This document shows positions 1 through 11,609 of a DNA stretch of 64,000 bases, piece by piece; the first letter of the stretch is position 1, and every line of letters starts with the position of its first letter. Under the pieces are notes generated by a model, which was not told the DNA's origin, did no database searches, and saw only the letters and a program-made list of their open reading frames with translations. Made by a program: the position numbers and the translations under genes. Source of the stretch: Octopus sinensis (lineage: Eukaryota); assembly GCF_006345805.1 (NCBI RefSeq), contig NC_043013.1:9548001-9612000 (forward strand), written 5' to 3'.

Positions 1-337
1 CTGACCCCCTATTTTTACTGCATTTTAAACTAAATGCATGGCATTAGCGACTAGATCGGAGTAATGACAATGAATTTCATAGTATGAACTCTCAAGGAGT
101 ATTGTAAGGAGGTTCAATTTCTAAAGGGCCGCTTAAATGAGGCCCCAGTGACCCCCCCTCCTACTCTTATTGATTAAACTATGATCAGTATCAGTGCTTA
201 GCACATTTGCAGAAATAAGTTTCAGTGCACAAGTGTAGGGAACTGCGAAGCACCCGATAATGGGGTCAAAGGCCTCAAAAGTGTCCTCCGCATGAACCAC
301 CTGAATGCATCCAAAGGGCAACTTCAAGGGTGGTGTG

Positions 338-341
<4 letters not shown>

Positions 342-425
<84 letters not shown>

Positions 426-440
426 TATATATCTCATATA
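342..440. repeat. (TA)n microsatellite
   Basis: Near-pure TA dinucleotide run. Confidence 0.95.
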
Positions 441-444
441 TTTA

Positions 445-1250
445 CTACATGTGTGGGAAAATCTGTCAGTGGGTGCGTTTGTGGAGTTGTTATCTAACTA
501 CTCCTACATCGTTTTATCGATTTTGATGAAACTTGGCATGTGAGTGGAACTTATGTCTGGAAGCCACATGACATACATAAATTGTTAAAAACATCGATCA
601 CAAGAACCCTGGAAGGGATCCTTATATATAGCCAAGGGAAATAGTCCATTCATTTTCCTAAATTATTTGATATAAATCAAATTGAGTATGCTTATTTCTT
701 ACTATTTGAACTGTTAGAGTTATTTTCGGAATTTATCCAATACAACCCTTAAACAAGTAAATAGTATTTTCCTAAACAATAGATTTCGGTTAGTGACTTA
801 TTCACGAATATACCAACACTAGCGCCCCTGAGGGTAATATTCTCTGGGAACGCACAAAAGTCCTTTTCAGAGTTATTTACTTTGAATTGTTATCATCTCA
901 TACCTGATTAACCTGTTATTACGTAACATGCTTCAGGATTTTAGTAGACATACCTTATTAGTATTTCCTCTTATGTTCTATATACTCTGGGAACGCATTA
1001 AAGTCTTTTTCGGGGCTACTTTATTTGAATTCTTACTATCGGGTAGCTAATTTCATGTTATTACATAATTCGAGTATTCAAAACTTATTGGGAATTCCTA
1101 AAAGCAAGATCCTATGTAAGACATTTCGGTATTCTCTGTAAATGCACAAAAACCGTTTTAAGCACTATATACTTTGTATTGTTGTTACTGGATTAGCAAA
1201 ACAGTTATAAGAACGGAACCAACGGATAAGTCCCACTTATATATATATAT
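445..1250. mobile_element. Possible degenerate non-autonomous Helentron-like element with internal ~145-bp tandem repeats
   Basis: ttttgatgaaacttggc at ~520 resembles tttgatgaaacttgc in the clearer element at 8641. Three diverged ~145-bp units lie at 838-1200. Ends are not resolved. Confidence 0.35.
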
Positions 1251-1415
1251 GAGTAAATGTGTACTTCGAAATATTCCAAAAAATATTTAGTTCACCTTAT
1301 CTCGAAAGTTTATAAAATTATTATGACTGCAAGAAAAGAAGTATATTATATGTATACATACACACTTGCGGACACACACACACACACACACACAGACACA
1401 CACCACGCACACATT

Positions 1416-1454
<39 letters not shown>

Positions 1455-1778
1455 CAAACACCCTAAACTAAGCACCACGTTTAATCACATGGATTAAATC
1501 ACATTCCAAGGAAATTTTTCCAAGGACTATTATTGAACTCAAAAAACATAAAGACTCTAAAAATTATCGGTATACTTATTTAAAATTTTTTGCATATGTT
1601 TATTATTATTTTTTTGAAAAAAACATTGAAAATGTATTTTTTCCCTTTCTTCAGTTTAAAAAAATTTCTTTTCACCTTTCAATTCTTGAAAATTTGCTTT
1701 GCGATGAAAACCGGTTAGAGTTAATATTGTTTTATATATTTTTAATTTTCCATACACCCATTTTTTATTAAAATTTAC

Positions 1779-1838
1779 CTTCAACTTATCATATATATAT
1801 ATATATATAATATAAGATTAATAAATAATATATAATAA

Positions 1839-1921
<83 letters not shown>

Positions 1922-1976
1922 ATACCTGCATATGTACACACATATTAGACAGACAAACAGACAGATAAACAGATAT

Positions 1977-2035
<59 letters not shown>

Positions 2036-2050
2036 TAGATAGATAGATAT
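1779..2050. repeat. Compound (TA)n/(GACA)n/(GATA)n microsatellite
   Basis: Seen directly. Confidence 0.95.
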
Positions 2051-2516
2051 AATGCAAAATCCTCCCAGCGTACTCGCAAGCACGGTCCAGTGCTCAATTT
2101 CTAGAGATAGAAGATAATTGATTGGTTAAAATTGTAACGTATTGTTTTGGTGAATCAGTGACATATATAGTGTGTTAGTGGGAAGAAATGTAGAAATGTT
2201 AGAAACTGTGTGATGGGGTGGTAGTGGTTGTCGTGGAGTTATAGAATGCTGGTACTCGCAGTGGTGGCCGTGCTGCTGCTGCTGATGATGAGAATTATAC
2301 TGGTGGTTGCAATGGTGATGTTGGTGCTCATATTTGGCCGGCTATAGGTATGCTGTTGTGTTTATCACATTTTCAGACAGCGCTGAGCTCAGCCGTAACC
2401 AAAATGTCTTCTATTTTCAGACATATTGCATCTTAAGACTACATTGTACGTCATAGCTTTCCATTTTCATTATTTTTTGCGTTGTTTATTAATGTTATTG
2501 TTCTTTTCTTTTTCAG

Positions 2517-2525
2517 ATAATAGAT
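2517..2525 (+). CDS. Candidate 9-nt microexon (ATAATAGAT)
   Basis: Long pyrimidine tract ending tttcag, branch-like TTAAT ~27 nt upstream, donor GAT|GTAAGA, frame-preserving length. No transcript evidence. Confidence 0.3.
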
Positions 2526-2654
2526 GTAAGACTTACGAAAGGTTTTGTTTCTATTTCTAGTGGATCAAGCTAGAGCGAATTATATATTTACCTTCTTTTC
2601 TTGAGCTTATGTTATCCGTTCTGATTGTAGATGTGTTGACGTGATTTACCTTTT

Positions 2655-3500
2655 TACTTTCATCTTTTACTTGGTTTAGTGACTGGACGGCAGCCACGCC
2701 TGAGGCACCGCTTTAGTCGAAGAACTTAAACCCAGTAATTTTATTTTTGAAGCAAAGTATTTGTGCTGTGTGGAGGCGCGTGGCTTAGTGGTTAGAGTGT
2801 TGAACTCATGACCGTAAGGTTGTGGTTTTAATTCCTGGACCGGGCGACGTGTTGTGTTCTTGAACAAAAAACTTCGTTTCACGTTGCTTCAGTCCACTCA
2901 GCTGGCAAAAGTGAGTAATCCTGCGACGGATTGGCGTCCCGTCCAGGTGGAGAATTTCTACGTCACTGAAACCGGGAAACCGGCCCTTATGAGCCTGGCA
3001 TAATAATGTTCGAGAAGGAACATTTAATATTTTTTTTATTCTGTCGGTCACTTCTTGTCGATCCGCCGTTACGTAAACCGCTGGACGTAAACAAACCCAA
3101 ATTGTCCGTAGTGTGGTGGTGAAATACAAACACAAACACACACATACACACACATGCGCGTACTCAAACACACACACACATACATACACATATGCATGCA
3201 CGCATGCATACGATGGATCTTCACCTTTCTGTTTACCAAACGCACTCACAAATTATCTTTTTCGGGGCTAAATTAAAACACCCTTTCTCAAGCTACCACA
3301 CAATGGAACTGAACACATGTACGTATATATACATGTACGAGCGTGCACGCCAATATGTACACAACGGGTTTCTTTCAGTTTCCGTCTACGAAGTCCATTG
3401 ACAAAGCTTTCATCGGCTAGATGCTAGAGGCTAAATTGGAAGACACTTGCTTAAGGTCACTCAATGGAGCTGAAACCAAGATCACATGCTTGAGGAGACA
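2655..3500 (-). mobile_element. Degenerate SINE family B copy, split by a family A insertion
   Basis: The antisense B sequence breaks at ...agtattt (~2762) and resumes at attctgtcggtc (~3038), collinear with intact B copies. Confidence 0.7.
2772..3022 (+). mobile_element. tRNA-derived SINE family A nested in SINE B
   Basis: Head ggaggcgcgtggcttagtggttag with A/B-box-like motifs; body ttgtgttcttga...cagtccactcagctggcaaaa; tail gggaaaccggcccttatgagcc. Same family at 29571 and 44550. Confidence 0.85.
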
Positions 3501-3570
3501 ACGCCCGCGTTCTATATATATATATATATAATATATTTATATATATATATAATATATAATATATATATAA

Positions 3571-3686
3571 TAATACAACATGGGACAAGAACGCAAAACA
3601 TTCAAATAGACGATATGAAAAACCGAGGGGTCATTCGAAGCCTCTAATCTTCAGTCAAGAACCGGATCATTCTCGCAATTTCGGCT
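3571..3686 (-). mobile_element. Truncated Penelope/retrozyme-like repeat fragment with partial hammerhead core
   Basis: Minus strand reads agcc-GAAA-ttgc-(14 nt with GATCC)-tcttga-CTGAAGA, the same layout as the 58.8 kb element. Cut by (TA)n at 3686. Confidence 0.45.
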
Positions 3687-3819
3687 ATATATATATAGTC
3701 ATACATATATTTATACATCGTAACATCTATTTCTCAACACAGCTTCCGTAAGTCATCACTATAAGAACACTGGCAATATACTCATCACGATAAGAAAATG
3801 CTTCATTACAAAAGGAAAA

Positions 3820-4000
3820 ATTCTATGTAGTCACTTGATCTGCTAGAAACACAAGCCAAGTGTCTACTCAATTTCTACCCTGTAGTTGTCCTAGATAAAA
3901 TGACTGCATAAAAGACAAGGTGATCATTACTGGAAGATATATGAGAATCGTTATAGGTCTTGTCAGTCCGGGCAGACCTGGGGCTAAGCAACTACAACTT
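3820..4000 (+). repeat. Old dispersed repeat (family E)
   Basis: Motifs tgatctgctagaaa...gccaa and ggcagacctggggctaa recur in diverged form near 4.7 kb (-), 39.2-39.4 kb, 48.9-49.1 kb and 62.9-63.0 kb (-). Confidence 0.5.
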
Positions 4001-4272
4001 TTCTTCACCGATATCACTTTCAATACTTCTCTTTCAATTAAGCGTTTTCCATTTTCAACATTATTCATTCAACAAATGACACTGGAGCCGCCACTACAAC
4101 CACAGCTTGCACCACCACACTGGTCAAGTGGATATCAGACCCGAAACGGTTAGAGTTCATTAATCTGAAATACTTGAACACTTAAGCAATCAATGAACCA
4201 CACATCGTAACTACGTAAATAACGTTTGACAGATCGATAAATACATACATACACAAACATATATATATAATT

Positions 4273-4337
<65 letters not shown>

Positions 4338-5178
4338 TATTATATATATTATATAGAAAGAGAGAGAGAGAGAGATAAACAGTGAGAGAACAGAAAGAAA
4401 GAAAGAAAGATAGAGAGATAGATAAAGAAGGAAGGAACTGTAAGGCCTTCCATTAATTAATTTCAGAAAACCAGCAATGAAATTTTGTAATGGACGGATT
4501 GTTAGCAAATTGATATTATAGCATTTGATAAATACTAATTTGGTAATCTGGTTCTGTTGCCATGCTGATTCTTTGGACAACGCTTATCTGCACAAGATCA
4601 CGCTAAACTACGACAAATTATTCGCAAAAGTGAGAATTAAATGGAAGTCAATGATTTGACTAAAAGTTTTTAAAGAATTTTGTTAATGCTACTGTTGCGT
4701 AGTTTAGCCCTCGGTCAATCCCTAATAAATCAGACTCATGTTCAAAGACATTCTCGCTCAGAAAATTCCGTGTTTTTCAAGCATTGGATACCCCTATACT
4801 ATAGTATATAATATGTCTCTTTATGGAGTAAAATTTGAGGCATTTGGTTACTGTTTTTAGTACGAACACCTCGAGTGGTTTCATTGGCTAACATGAAACA
4901 ATTTTAAAGACGTCGTAGATTAGATCGAGATCACACGCGTATGTGCATATATCAATAAATATTTGTAAAATATAGACACACCATTGGTATACAGCGGTCA
5001 CCTGGTTTGGATCAGGATATAGTGTTTTCTGTTAATAGGTTATTTTTTTTATCCGATATATTGTAGGCTGTTGTCCCTAGAGTGCCAACACTTGTTAGTA
5101 GCTGAAATACCTTCTAGCCATAAGAATTGAGTTAGTCAATAGGATGCAGTGGAAGCTATACTAATGGAATGTTTTCAG

Positions 5179-5303
5179 TCGGGAAAAAATCATCATTACT
5201 AGGTCCACTGTTTGAACCGAGTGCGAAGGATTTAGCTGCTTGTCACTCCCGTTTAGAAGGGATGCGTTTAGAGAGGACGCGATTCTTTGCCACTCCAGTT
5301 TAG
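5179..5303 (+). CDS. Candidate phase-1 terminal coding exon: (x)GKKSSLLGPLFEPSAKDLAACHSRLEGMRLERTRFFATPV*
   Basis: Acceptor gttttcag; 40 open codons in a locally GC-richer patch; TAG followed by AATAAA at 5311-5316; ends in a class I PDZ-type motif T-x-V. No homologue recognised. Confidence 0.4.
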
Positions 5304-5959
5304 ATGCGTTAATAAAATTCCGTATATTGAAGTCATGTCTTTGCAAATAGTACGTAGTTTCAAGTACTAAGGAAGCTTAAAAATAATATATTGAAAATGG
5401 ATACTCTACTGTATGAATTCTCGCTGTTCTGTATGCAGACCATGAACTATTATTTGTTTAGTCCAAAGGAGAGCTACAAACGTAACGGTTGCTTCCAAGC
5501 TTCCACTGTTTCAAATTTAAGTCCATATCTCTCTCCCTCCCTCTCCCTCTCTTTCTCTCTCTCTTTCTTTCTCTCTCTGTGATATTCTATAGAATATATA
5601 ATATATCTATATATATTAATATATATATACATAAAATCCAAGCTCTGGGTGTATTTGATTATATGTGCCTATGTGCGCAACCGTGCCTGTGAACACGTTC
5701 TGGTGCAATTATAATAACATTATTTTGCTTTGTTTTTGTGCTATAACACAATGGCAAATTATAATAGCAAAGTTGTTAATAAATCCTGGTTTACGACGCC
5801 CACCAGACAGATATGCTGCAGCAGCAGCAGCAGCAAAGCCATCACTTGCTTATCCCATAGTAAACATGAATATAGATGTATATAAGTATATACACACACA
5901 CGCTTGGATATATGCACACACACACTCACACATACATACACTCATACATACATACATAC

Positions 5960-5966
5960 TTTAGTT

Positions 5967-6016
<50 letters not shown>

Positions 6017-6193
6017 TATATATATGTATGTGTATATATAAATTTATATAATCATTTATATATATATAATATAATATATATATATATATTAGTATATATA
6101 TATTAATACATGTATATAGTATATTATATGTATATATATATATATATATATTGTATATATATATATATATAATATATATATATATATCTATAA

Positions 6194-6274
<81 letters not shown>

Positions 6275-6290
6275 ACATATATATGTATAT
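5960..6290. repeat. Long imperfect (TA)n microsatellite
   Basis: Seen directly. Confidence 0.95.
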
Positions 6291-6473
6291 ATAAGTGTAT
6301 ACCTGTGTCTATATATATAGAGACACACACACATACTTCCGTATATTTTTATGTACATATGTATGTATAATTATGCGTGTTTTTGTGTATGTGTGTATAC
6401 ATACACACATTCACACTCACATACATCCATATACACTATTATTTTATATCCCTTTACCATATTCCATTTCCAG

Positions 6474-6526
6474 GCCATGATACAACAAGCCCTGTCACCA
6501 AGATTAAAATATATAAGATATTATAA
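6474..6526 (+). CDS. Weak candidate phase-1 terminal exon (x)HDTTSPVTKIKIYKIL*
   Basis: Good acceptor ccatattccatttccag. Phase 0 is also open, so the frame is ambiguous. Confidence 0.2.
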
Positions 6527-7004
6527 CGCACACAATATGAAGGGCTTGGGCGTAAATCTTTCACAAAAAACCAATTGCCTTTTCTCATTGGGGCTCTTTT
6601 TTTTTTTATTTGCTCTGTTTTTATGAACGAAGCTTCTTGAGAATGGCTCGTTCTTCAACTAAACAACACCAGATACGTGAAATTCTCTATTAAGCTTTTA
6701 TTTTTTTCTCGTAGGTTACATATTGTTTGTTTTTATTCGTTTCCCCTTTCCTTTTTTTTTTGTTTATGTTGTTCTTGTTGCTTGGTAAAAGGAACAAGCT
6801 TTCTAAATATGTCAGGCAAATATATTGTAGACATGATAAATAATTGTGGTTTTAAAAAGGCAAGAAAATAGAAATAGACTCTAAAAATTTATAGGTATAA
6901 ATATTGTAATGATGTGGTATAATATATGATGCAAAATGTAGTGTGGTTTGTTAAAAAAGGAAATATACATGTGGATATATTCAACCTCAGGTAACAATAA
7001 TAAC

Positions 7005-7225
7005 AATAATAATCCTTTCTACTATAGGCACAAGGCCTGGAGTTTTGGAGGTAAGCGCTAGTCAATAACATCGACCTCAGTGCTCAACTGGTACTTATTT
7101 TGCAGACCCCAAAGGGATGAAAGGCAAAGTCGACCTCGGCAGAATTTGAACTCAGAACATAAAGACGGATAAAATGCTTAGCAGCGTTTTGCCCGGCGTT
7201 CTAACGATTCAGCCATCTCGCCGCG
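7005..7225 (-). mobile_element. tRNA-derived SINE family C
   Basis: Reverse complement reads ggcgagatggctgaatcgttag...gttcaaattc...gtcgactttgcctttcatccc...aagtaccag...aaaggattatt. Confidence 0.85.
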
Positions 7226-7424
7226 TTCTGGAAATAATTTGAGAATGATCTCCGGCTTACATCCATGCAAGAAGTGCACATGATTATTTTTGCTGGCACA
7301 TTACATATATTGAGAAAAACATTGTCGTTGTGAATTTTCTTTCCATTTCCCCATTCTTTTCTTTCTCCCCCCCCCCTTTTTTTCTATCACATACCCTGAC
7401 ATTGTAAATGAAGAAACAATCCGG

Positions 7425-7522
7425 TTTGTTTATTTTCATGGCCTACCAACGTACACAGTGAGTTTTTATACCCTAGGTAGCGGGAAGACACTCGGCAATG
7501 AGTATTGAAAATTGAAAGAACA
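7425..7522 (+). mobile_element. 3' UTR fragment of the R4/Dong LINE family
   Basis: ggcctaccaacgtacacagtgagttt...ccctaggtagcgggaagacactcggcaa aligns by eye with the 3' UTR of the LINE at 34893-35000 (- strand). Followed by (AAC)n/(AAT)n. Confidence 0.7.
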
Positions 7523-7554
7523 GCAACAATAACAACAACAACAACAACAACATT

Positions 7555-7587
<33 letters not shown>

Positions 7588-7674
7588 AACAACAACAACA
7601 ACAATAATAATAATAATAATAATAGTAGCAAAAACAACAATAACAATAATAATTGCCCTTATCACGAACTAATG

Positions 7675-7948
7675 TTGCCCAAAACCACTGCAAGTTGTGG
7701 CAACAGGACCAGGTAGCGAAAGTGCTACATTAGAAAAGTGGGGGCTAGAGAGAGGCAAGACGAAGTATGAGCACAAACCACAGAGTGGCGGAGTCGGAGG
7801 CTAGTGAAATCCTCTAGGTTTTCCCAATCCAAACAGATCGGGTGCATAACAGACCGGAACTTGTGGCGGTGGACAAGGTGCACCACATATGCTATATAGT
7901 TGAGGTTGCAAGTCCCTTTGACCCACGAATAGTCAAGAAGGAAGGCGA

Positions 7949-8027
<79 letters not shown>

Positions 8028-8230
8028 CAACCCTAGTACGAAATAGCCCGGCTATGAAAAATGAAGATGGTGAAGATAGTGCCAACTATTGTTGGATCCT
8101 TGGGAACAGTATCAGAAGGCGTCAAGAGGCATATAAAGGAAATTGGAATAGTGTCCAGCTGAACTGTTACAAAAGGTTTACCTCTTAGTGTATGGTACGC
8201 AGTTATGTGGTACACCAACTCGGCTTGCTT
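7675..8230 (+). pseudogene. R4/Dong-clade LINE C-terminal restriction-like endonuclease fragment, interrupted by (GATA)n
   Basis: Translates as DQVAKVLH*...FPIQTDRVHNRPELVAVDKVHHICYIVEVASPFD...EKIDR[(GATA)n]Y..YEIARL*KMKMVKIVPTIVGSLG, a degenerate PD..D RLE motif. Confidence 0.8.
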
Positions 8231-8640
8231 CTTTATTCCTCTGCACTCTTAAAAATTACTCATGCTATTCTCTAACTCTCCCATGTAGAGACATTATCTA
8301 CCCACACTATAACTATTTTATCATTGGAGGGCACGAGCAAAAAGGTACCCATTTTGGTTAAAAATCTTCGCCAACCAAATTTTATCTTTGTTGACTAGGT
8401 TCAAAATCTTGTTGCACGCAACGTACTCGAAGTTGAAATTACATTTTTCTTCTATTCTCTTCGACTGAAATATGTGCATTCGTTGCTGATATTGTGGTTA
8501 CTACTGCTACTGCTGGTGTAGTCATTATTCTTGTTCTTCCTGTTAATCCTGTTTATGTCGTAAATTTGCGCTTTCGATATTAAATTGTAACAGAGTACAT
8601 GAAAATATATTTGCTTAATTTTTCTCATTTTTTCCAAATT

Positions 8641-9026
8641 TATTACCTCCGCCAAGGAAGGAGGTTATGTTTTCATCGACGTTGGTTTCTCCATCTGTGT
8701 GCAAAATAACTCAAAAAGTTGTGAACGGTATTTGATGAAACTTGCAGGAAGAATTGGAACTGATGATGAAAGTTTTGTAGCAATCCGGGTATTTTTATGG
8801 ATTCTTGAAGGATTTTTCATTTGTTATATTTACTTTACATGAAGTACTACAATGGTACGTTCTTTGATTATCTCCCTTGAAAACACGTTCATCGTTTCCA
8901 CGTAACCTATGGTGGCGTTGCTGTTTCCAAAGTTTATTTTCGTTTCTCTATTAGTAATTTTACTTGCGTATCTATCTTAAAATGAGCTGCTTGGCGGAGG
9001 TCTGCGCTCTCCGAGTGCTTTTCTAG
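8641..9026 (+). mobile_element. Non-autonomous Helentron (DINE-1/HINE-type)
   Basis: Sub-terminal inverted repeats cctccgccaag (8646-8656) and cttggcggagg (8990-9000), 3' hairpin gcgctc-tcc-gagtgc, end ttctag, T-rich flanks. Confidence 0.8.
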
Positions 9027-9195
9027 TTTTTCTTTAAAATTATTTTCGTGTGTTCGTGGATTAAATTGCCATTTATTTTCAAAAGATTGCAAATAGCGCT
9101 ACTCCAATTTTTGCTACTAACCTTCTTGCTCCTCTTGCATAAAAAGCCATATTTAAAATATAGGGTGCATTCTGCGTTGGATTATTCCATTGCAG

Positions 9196-9335
9196 GGGTC
9201 ACTATCAACTCAAACATTATTCATATTAAGATAACTAATACATTTTCTAGACTAGACAGATTGGACAACAACGCCCTTCAACGGAAAGCAGGGTCTATGA
9301 ATTGGTCTGGATTTTCGATCAACGGGAGGTTCTAA
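9196..9335 (+). CDS. Weak candidate phase-1 terminal exon (x)[45 protein letters not shown]
   Basis: Acceptor ttccattgcag and 46 open codons. The ORF also runs upstream of the acceptor, so it may be chance. Confidence 0.15.
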
Positions 9336-9398
9336 TTTACTTTCAATTTTATCGAACAAAATCATTAGATTTAATAAATTTTTTTTTAAGTATATACG

Positions 9399-9462
<64 letters not shown>

Positions 9463-9559
9463 TGTATGTTTCTGTATGCGTGTATGTATGTATATATAGT
9501 TATATATATATATATACACACACACACATATATATATGTATATATATACATACATATAT

Positions 9560-9869
9560 ATCACCGTGATCACCGTGACCAACTAGGCTATCAAATGTTG
9601 CAACACATTGCTGGTCACAATGCGCTTCGCATTGTTTTAGTCTTCAAATGACGCCACCTCGCTGGCTAAGCGAGCAGACCAATAGAAGAAAGAGAGAGAT
9701 AAAGTTGTGGCGAAAGAGTACAGCATGGTTCACCACCACCCCTGCCGGAGCCTCGTGGAGCTTTTAGGTGTTTTCGCTCAATAAACGCTCACAACACCCG
9801 GTCTGGGAATCGAAACCGTGATCCTACGCCCGCGAATCCGCTGCTCTAACCACTAGGCCATTGCGCCTC

Positions 9870-9870
<1 letters not shown>
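9560..9870 (-). mobile_element. SINE family D head/body with tail type G
   Basis: Head ggaggcgcaatggcctagtggttag and body ctccacgaggctccggcagg...ctctttcgccacaac match 24050. The 3' ~110 nt is different. Confidence 0.85.
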
Positions 9871-9913
<43 letters not shown>

Positions 9914-11609
9914 CACAAGGCTTTGGACGGCCCGAGGTTATAGTAGAAAGCACTTGCACAAGGAGGGACGCAGTGGAACTGAACTCGGAGTGATGTTACT
10001 GGGTAGTAAACTTTTTACCACGCAGTCACACCTGCATCTATTATTTAAATTTATTTCATTTCTGCTGAGTTGCGCTGTGATCTACATAGCATTAACGTTG
10101 TCTAATTAGAGAGAATTCATCTAAGGCGCAAATATGTAAATTAAGGTATCCAGTACGGTGTCAGCCAAATTTATGACTGCTTTAAGTGGGAGTTAAATAT
10201 CTATGCAATTGTTTGGGGAACGAAATTAGATACCTCTTTTTTGGAGTACATCATCGGGCGACTACCTCCTACTTGTTTTCCGCACAACAAAAGCATAGAA
10301 AGAATATGTTTACATTCTTATTTTACCCACAGTGAAGCTTTGTAATATTTAAATTGATATAAATTCCGTGAGTGTGTTTGTGTGTATGCGCGCGCGTGTG
10401 TGTGTGTGTGTGTGTGTGTGTTCGTGTGTGTGTGTGTTCGTGTGTGTGTGTGTGTGTGTTTGTAACAGAGAAGCGAAAAGACAAACTTACAGCAGTAACA
10501 ATAATGGACTTGTTCACGTACACGCATACATACATGTGTGCGTGTGTGTGTATTTTCATTTTCTGTATGTATGTGTAGGTGATATACTTAGATATGCTTA
10601 TACACCTTTCAAGAGAATGTTCTAGAAAGATCTCAAGATCTTATATCTCTTTCTTTTCTTTCTTTTTTTGTTTTTTTTCACTTGTATCATTTGGATTGTC
10701 AAGAATACGGAACCAGTTTGGTATAGTCAAAATACCAACCACCACCACCATCACAACCACCACCATCATACAGAGACAGACACACGCATAATCCACCCCC
10801 TACGGCTATATGGTGGCACCCTGGGGACGTTATATTACACTGGTGTCTTCAGTTTCTTGGCGTCTAGTTCCATGAAAAAGGAAGACAAATAAAAAGTAAT
10901 AAAAAGCGTCAAAATAACATACATAAAATACAAAAAAAAACAACACCACTACTTCTTCTTTGAAACTGAGGAATATTTTGATGGTTTGGGACATCCCTGG
11001 AGTAAGATATTTTGTGAAAGTCAATGTAATACAATTCCTAATCTTAAGGAATGGGGGCATAGATATTTTTGTGGTGGGGGATACCTTAGCAACTCCTTTA
11101 TATTTTTTATCAGTCTGCGCATATGGTTCACTACCACTATTCCCCTTCCCTCTCTTTGTGTTACTTTCATTGAAGTGTTTTATTTCCATATTCTTAAGAA
11201 ATAAGCCAGTATCCTGTGTCCTTTCATCATTTAAATGTTTAGCTATAAACAGTAAGGAAGGCTGGGTTAGTGGTTGCCAATAATTAAAGGAAAAAAAAAC
11301 TGCTTCTTGAAATCCTTAATGCGTAGCTTAGTCTGTAGTTGTATCAACATTGAAGACTGATTTCGACTACAAGCAAAATGTAGTGTTGTTATTTTTGCCT
11401 GTCTTATATCATATAAAAGTCTTATCAGCTCCCGTTCGAGCCAACCATTCAATCTCCAGACTCTAGACTCCAGGCAGGAATCAGACATTGTTTACAAGGA
11501 ACAAGTGAAAGAATTTTATTCAAACTGGATTTGAAATTGGTACAGATTCGTCAGGTATGGAATACATCAAAATGAATGAGCACTTCTAATTGAGCGGAAC
11601 ATGAAAATA

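Noticed and set aside
133-340. GC-richer patch; + frame CRNKFQCTSVGNC looks like the start of an LDLa repeat
   Set aside because: Lacks the W-x-CD and DxSDE half of LDLa, and no convincing donor site.
11429-11554. 126-nt phase 0-0 exon candidate
   Set aside because: Weak pyrimidine tract, other frames and the opposite strand are also long, no recognisable homology.
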